Assembly (NCBI GenBank): GCA_024137785.1
Contig: JAHRHZ010000041.1
Span: 15,292,385-15,356,384 of the forward strand
DNA: 64,000 nt
Source: Ginglymostoma cirratum
Lineage: Eukaryota
Direction: 5' to 3'
Positions 61,621 through 64,000 of the stretch are shown piece after piece. Under the pieces are notes generated by a model. That model did not search any database, was not told the origin of the DNA, and worked only from the letters and a program-made list of their open reading frames with translations. The position numbers and the translations under genes were made by a program. Numbering within the stretch: position 1 is the first letter of the stretch; the number at the start of each line of letters is the position of its first letter.

Positions 61621-61799
61621 GCATGACTGTAATTAAGTGCAACTCATTTAAAGCTCACTAGTGGTTCTCCTCTACCCGCCAAACCAAGCAAGCCTTCAGA
61701 GACCAAGTCGATTAAAGGATGGTAGTGGCAACAAACTATCCAAAATACAGGTTGAACATCTGTTGGCTTCATAGCATGTACAACAACTAGCAAGCTTCA

Positions 61800-62165
61800 T
61801 TTTTAAATTCATACAATGTGACATCTCTAGCAAAGTCCATATTTTCTGCTCATCCCTAACTACCTTAAGATGGGAGTGAGCTTCTGCCCTACATACAAAA
61901 GGAGAGGCTTGCTAGATCAACAAGACAGCCGTGGGTTGGAGTCACATATAGGAGAGGCAAGGCAAGAATGGCAGATTTCCTTCTATAGAGAACTAGAGGG
62001 TTTCAAATGACACCTTGGCATGGTCATGATCACCCCATGACAAACTGGCTTTTTAGTCCAAACGTATTGAATTTAAATTCAATTAAATCAATTTCACCAG
62101 CTGAAGTGCTAGAATTTGAACACTTAAGTCCTAACCTCTGGATCATTACTCCAGCAACACAGCCA
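61800..62165 (-). mobile_element. tRNA-derived SINE, decayed
   Basis: ggagtcacatatagg...aatggcagatttccttc...ctctggatcattactccag. Confidence 0.6.
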
Positions 62166-63156
62166 GTGTTACCAAACCCAACAGCTCCTGCAAATAGCAG
62201 TTTCTTTCCCTAAAGGATATATATAAACAAGAGCAGAGTTCAAACAGACTAAGGTTTGCCGTAGGTTTGAAGGAGTTAACATCAAAATTCATTTTTGATG
62301 ACTCAGAAGCAGATTAGACCATGTGAATTTGCACAAAACTATAAACTTCAGTGGGTAACTAAAGAAAAATTACTTAAGCTAAAAGAAAAAAAAAAGGAAT
62401 ATCCAAAGTGTAGCTTTCCCCAAAACACAGCACAATAATCTTTTCCCCATTTATTACAAACTGACTCTTTGGATCATAGCCTGAAAGATCGTAAAAAAGG
62501 CAAGTTCCCATCTTCATTTGTTCTTTTCATTTACACCAGATCAACGAACACAGTTTTAAATCTTTAAACAGCAGGAAAGAGCTATTGATTTTACTCTGCA
62601 ACTTAGAAAGTCTTGCACAAGATTAGTATCCTAGGAAGAGGTATTATTTCTGAACAGACATTTCCCTCTTTAAAATGTCATTGTGGATAACGGATAATCC
62701 TGACATTTTTAAAAACACAATCTGACTTGCTGTTGACAACAAAAGGATAACTACAACTGCCACTGAGAACAAAATTAAAAGAAGTGACTCAACCCCTCTT
62801 GGGGCAAGTTTTTGATCCATTAGTGAGAAAAAATACAATCCCTTACAAAATTGAGTGGTGGCTAGTCAGCGCAGCTCAAGGGAATGCAAACTTCATGCAC
62901 GTCAGCCACAGTCCCCTTAGGAACAACAGAGTCTCAATAAAGCTACTGGTTATATTGGTCTGAGTTGCCTCCATGGATTGGCTTAATACCTTCATGGCCG
63001 TAAACCTATACAGTGGATTCCATATGCACTTTGCCTATAGTAACGTACGGGCAGCTGGGATCTGACTTGCAGCGTAGATGATGTTCTCTTGGTCTAGACG
63101 GCCCTCTCTTCAGAAGTTGCTGCACCTATCTCTGGCTTCCCCCCCACCCCCGCCTT

Positions 63157-63450
63157 TATTCATTTGCGAGAGGAGGGCATCACTGACCAGGCAGCATTTA
63201 TTTCCTATCCCTAGTTGCCCAGAGGGCAGTTCAGAGTCAACCATATTGCTGTCAGTCTGGAGTCACATGGAAGCCAGACCAGGTAAGGATGACAGTTTCC
63301 TTCCCTAAAGGAGATTAGTGAACCAGATGGGGTTTTTACCTCTCCTGCCCTGCTCCCCCCCACCCCCAAACAATCGATAATGGATTCCTGGTCATTGTTA
63401 GATTCTTAATTTCAGATATTTTTTGAATTCAAATTTCACAGCCTGCCACA
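63157..63450 (-). mobile_element. tRNA-derived SINE, the uninterrupted paralogue of 20740-21743
   Basis: cagcatttatttcctatccctagttgccc...gagtcaacca...ccagaccaggtaaggatgacagtttccttccctaaagg...gtgaaccagatgggg. Confidence 0.75.
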
Positions 63451-64000
63451 ATTAGTGGCCAGAGACTGAAATTAACTTGGGAAATGCAGGCTGTAATGAG
63501 GAGCAAGGAAAATGGCTTTGACCTGTCTAAATACTAATTCAGAGGATATTTCTGCTTGTGGAATACTTGATACTTGACACTCGACAATGTGAGGAAACTC
63601 AAAGGCAGTGACATGGTCAAGAAAGCCGTTGGTGACATAACCAGGAGGTAACTTCAATAAGATATTCGATAAAGGAAGTAATTTCTTTTTGTAATGACTT
63701 CACTGACATGGATCACTCAGAATTCATAGAGCTACTGAAATTCAAAAATGGAGTTGGCACCATCCTATATGAAAAAAAACAAGTTGGGGGCTTGAATTTG
63801 TCAGCCTTGAGAATTTCAACAGCTGATCCAATGTTATCAATAATATCACCTCTGACAAATTAAGCCTGCTTTATTGTACTTAAAGCTTGCAGAGAATCTC
63901 TCATGTGTCAGTTACTTCCCAGATTAACTGTATTCCTTTTATACCCTCAAAACTGCACAACGACATCAGGACATTTATCAAAAAAAAAATTAACTACATA

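Overview
AT-rich vertebrate DNA whose repeat content (HE1/V-SINEs, CR1, L2-group and RTE LINE fragments, Penelope-like elements) points to an elasmobranch (shark/ray) genome. I find no convincing protein-coding exon: the ORF track is chance ORFs or retroelement debris. An A>T excess on the + strand suggests an intron of a large minus-strand gene (inference). The most striking structure is a dispersed set of short Penelope-like (PLE) pseudo-LTR insertions carrying minimal hammerhead ribozyme motifs (CTGANGA-A-stem II-GAAA-CGTC). Several are fold-back units with a 33-34 nt unpaired tail and 12-16 bp target-site duplications, and their junctions cluster at the ribozyme, one exactly at the predicted cleavage site. 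Two cores are intact (21388-21415 +, 37199-37226 -). Decayed GIY-YIG-encoding PLE relics of two clades are present. The 400-N gap looks like an artefact at the apex of a 92-bp palindrome. Other notable items are an unexplained 83-bp inverted repeat pair (9741-10527) and a three-layer nested insertion. Repeat boundaries were judged by eye and are approximate unless a TSD is given. Family names come from recalled motifs, not from a database search.
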